DNA of 53,008 bases, filler included, from Sphacelaria rigidula (lineage: Eukaryota), in NCBI GenBank assembly GCA_964200075.2. It is 4 parts of 4 records of this genome, joined end to end, with 100 filler letters (N's around TTAATTAATTAA, not from the genome) between each part and the next. Parts side by side here need not be neighbours in the genome. Positions count along the whole stretch, not along the records: positions 39,833 to 53,008 come from CAXNAA020003091.1; 3 more parts are not named here. One strand, given 5' to 3'. The notes below the pieces were generated by a model. That model saw only the letters and a program-made list of their open reading frames with translations, ran no database searches and was not told where the DNA came from. Position numbers and translations under genes: made by a program. Positions 50,890 to 53,008 of the stretch are shown in pieces. Each line of letters begins with the position of its first letter. Within the stretch, counting starts at the first letter, position 1.

Positions 50890-52710
50890 CATGTCAACCG
50901 CAACTCCCTCGCACTTATCAAGAGGCGAGAGTAGCATACCCAATGCCGCTAGCTGGCGTGCGAGCGTGGGGGAGGAGATGAGTTCCCACCACGACCACGA
51001 CGTGTTTGGCTGGGTTGACGGGCCCGATTACTGTAAGATGATGCCGTTAAGTTTTTGTTCCGAGCGAAACCTGACAAAGATGCGAAACCAGTCAGGTTCA
51101 AGGCTAGAATTATGATTCAAGGGTTCCGGAACGAGTTGAACGCCGAAACCAACAAGGCGGCACTAGTCGCTTCTCTAGGGTCTATTCGTGCGATTATCAC
51201 CGATGCGGTACGCAATGGATTCAGTTCACAAATGCTGAACGTCAGGACTGCTTTCCTTCAGGCACGCGTGGGCGAGAATGATCCAACCATGTACCTTATA
51301 CCGTCTAAAGGATTCCAGGGCTCCAAAGCGGAGAGGGACAAAGTGTGGAAGCTGTAAGCTTGACTCTGCGGTCCACGTGTTTCCCCTCGTGAGTGGCACA
51401 CTATTAATAGCATTAAATTTCTGCTTAAACTCGGATTTCTTTCCAGCTCTGCTTACCCTTGCGCTTGCAGCCTGGATAATGGGAACGATGCTCTACTAAT
51501 TTGCATAGACATCATCCAAATGACTGGCAGCGACAAGGTGAAAATTGAAGGTATCCTCTACAAGCTCAAGAGTAGGTTTCAGACTGTAGACCTCGGCTAT
51601 CCCATTTTTTCACTTGTGATCCACATCATCCGAGACGACAACAACGCTGAATCAGTCACGCTGAAGCAAGAGACGTACGCGAAATCGGTTCTCAAAACAT
51701 ACGGCATGAGCGATGAACGGCCATAGGAGACCATGCACAGGTGGCCACTGGGGTGCCTGTAACCTCACAACGTCTGTGACGTCCGAATTCCAGGTTACAT
51801 GCACCGCAGTGGCCACCCGTGTGCTAGTGTCGCAGAAACAAAGTTATGCATTGGTTAGGGGGTGCAAGGAATAGCCTCTCTAGCGCGTGGTGTACGCAAG
51901 GCATCCTAGGACCTTGTAATACAGCTTACAACGGCTGCCGTGATAATGCAGCAACTTGCCTGTGACGAGTTCGACGCGAGCGACCGGGCACGTACGCACA
52001 GCGTTCAGCATGTGGGTAGTTCCTTGGTGAAAGGTGGTAGATGTCGCATTCAGTGTTCAGCAGTGGTGGGGTGCAGTTCATTGTCAAGTGGTGAATATAT
52101 TGCTCTCAGAGATCGTCTGGGGCTTGCTTTGCTTCTGGACGAAAGGGGATCACCGGCTGTCGCCTATCCCATATTTTTAGAGTCTGATCCTCGAGCGGGT
52201 TAAGGTGCCAGGACCCGTGGTTGAATAAGTTTTTAGTCTCCTCTACAGGGTCATTATTTATCCTGTAACACTAAAAGAAGCTGAAGGAACGATCAAGATA
52301 CCCGAGAAGGATATTCTTTCGCCGAGAAATAAGAAGGGCGTCCGTTCAGCTACACAGGAGTTTTGCTTTTCCCGAGCAGATGCACAAGATCTGATATGAC
52401 ACTCGGTCTTGGTGCTGACGAGGAATATTATGTTCAAGCCAAGACCTAAGGCCTTGGTAAGACTGCAGCGGGTCATGAAGTACTTATAGAAGACGACTGA
52501 CCTCGGGACAAGGTACAGGTTGGATCTCGAAGTCGGAGTAGTGATAAGTGCATACGAAGATTCCGACTTTGCCGGAGACCAAGAAAAGGGGTACTCAACG
52601 ACGGTCTTCTCCATAGCAGGTGGACCGATTGACTGGACTTCGAAGCTGCAAACGGGTACGTGCCTTCAACAACAGCCGAGGCGGAGTTCGTGGCCCTATA
52701 TTAAAGCTGA
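50890..52710 (+). pseudogene. Ty1/Copia reverse transcriptase-RNase H relic, interrupted by unrelated sequence at ~51730-52255
   Basis: RFKARIMIQGF, LNVRTAFLQA, KVWKL, KSRFQTVDLG, LKQETYAKSVL..YGM, then AYEDSDFAGD, IDWTSKLQT and STAEAEFVAL. Many stops and frameshifts. Confidence 0.88.
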
Positions 52711-53008
52711 CACTTTCTGCGATAGCCCCCCCCCCAAAAAACCAGCCTAAAACTGTCACGCAGAAAAGGGTGATACAGCGCCTGATGTTTGGTTTCAGGC
52801 TGCATGAAGCGCCTCATATGGGCGACATTGTAGCGAAAACGATCCCAAGCGTGGGAATTCCCAGCTGCTCGTTGTGCTCGGCTTTTTTCACTTCGATTCA
52901 CGTGCAGATTTTGCCTCCCCAAACCAGCCAGCCCCTTTTGGGGTGTACTCGTGATCATGCATGCCATAGTCATCAGACGATTGACCTCGCATCCCTACGA
53001 AGTCGGGA

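Overview
Eukaryotic nuclear DNA, repeat-rich with long introns. It is most consistent with a brown alga or other stramenopile (inferred from intron style and protein and TE families). It is not one locus: four unrelated contigs of 13178, 13177, 13177 and 13176 nt are joined by artificial 100-nt N44-TTAATTAATTAA-N44 spacers. Contig 1 holds a decayed DIRS/Ngaro-type retrotransposon plus SINEs and MITEs. Contig 2 holds the first three exons of an adenylate kinase gene, with an 8.2-kb TE-filled intron. Contig 3 holds exon 1 of SEC62 head-to-head with an unknown signal-anchor gene, and a chromodomain Gypsy element with a second LTR fused into its integrase and cut by a hAT element. Contig 4 holds six exons of a zinc-less Fpg/MutM DNA glycosylase with a long basic tail ending in RRSPRF, a MITE-related tandem array and a Copia relic. 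I found no convincing wholly new biological system. The best leads are the glycosylase tail, the LTR-integrase junction, the MITE-to-satellite link and a few conserved hairpin motifs.
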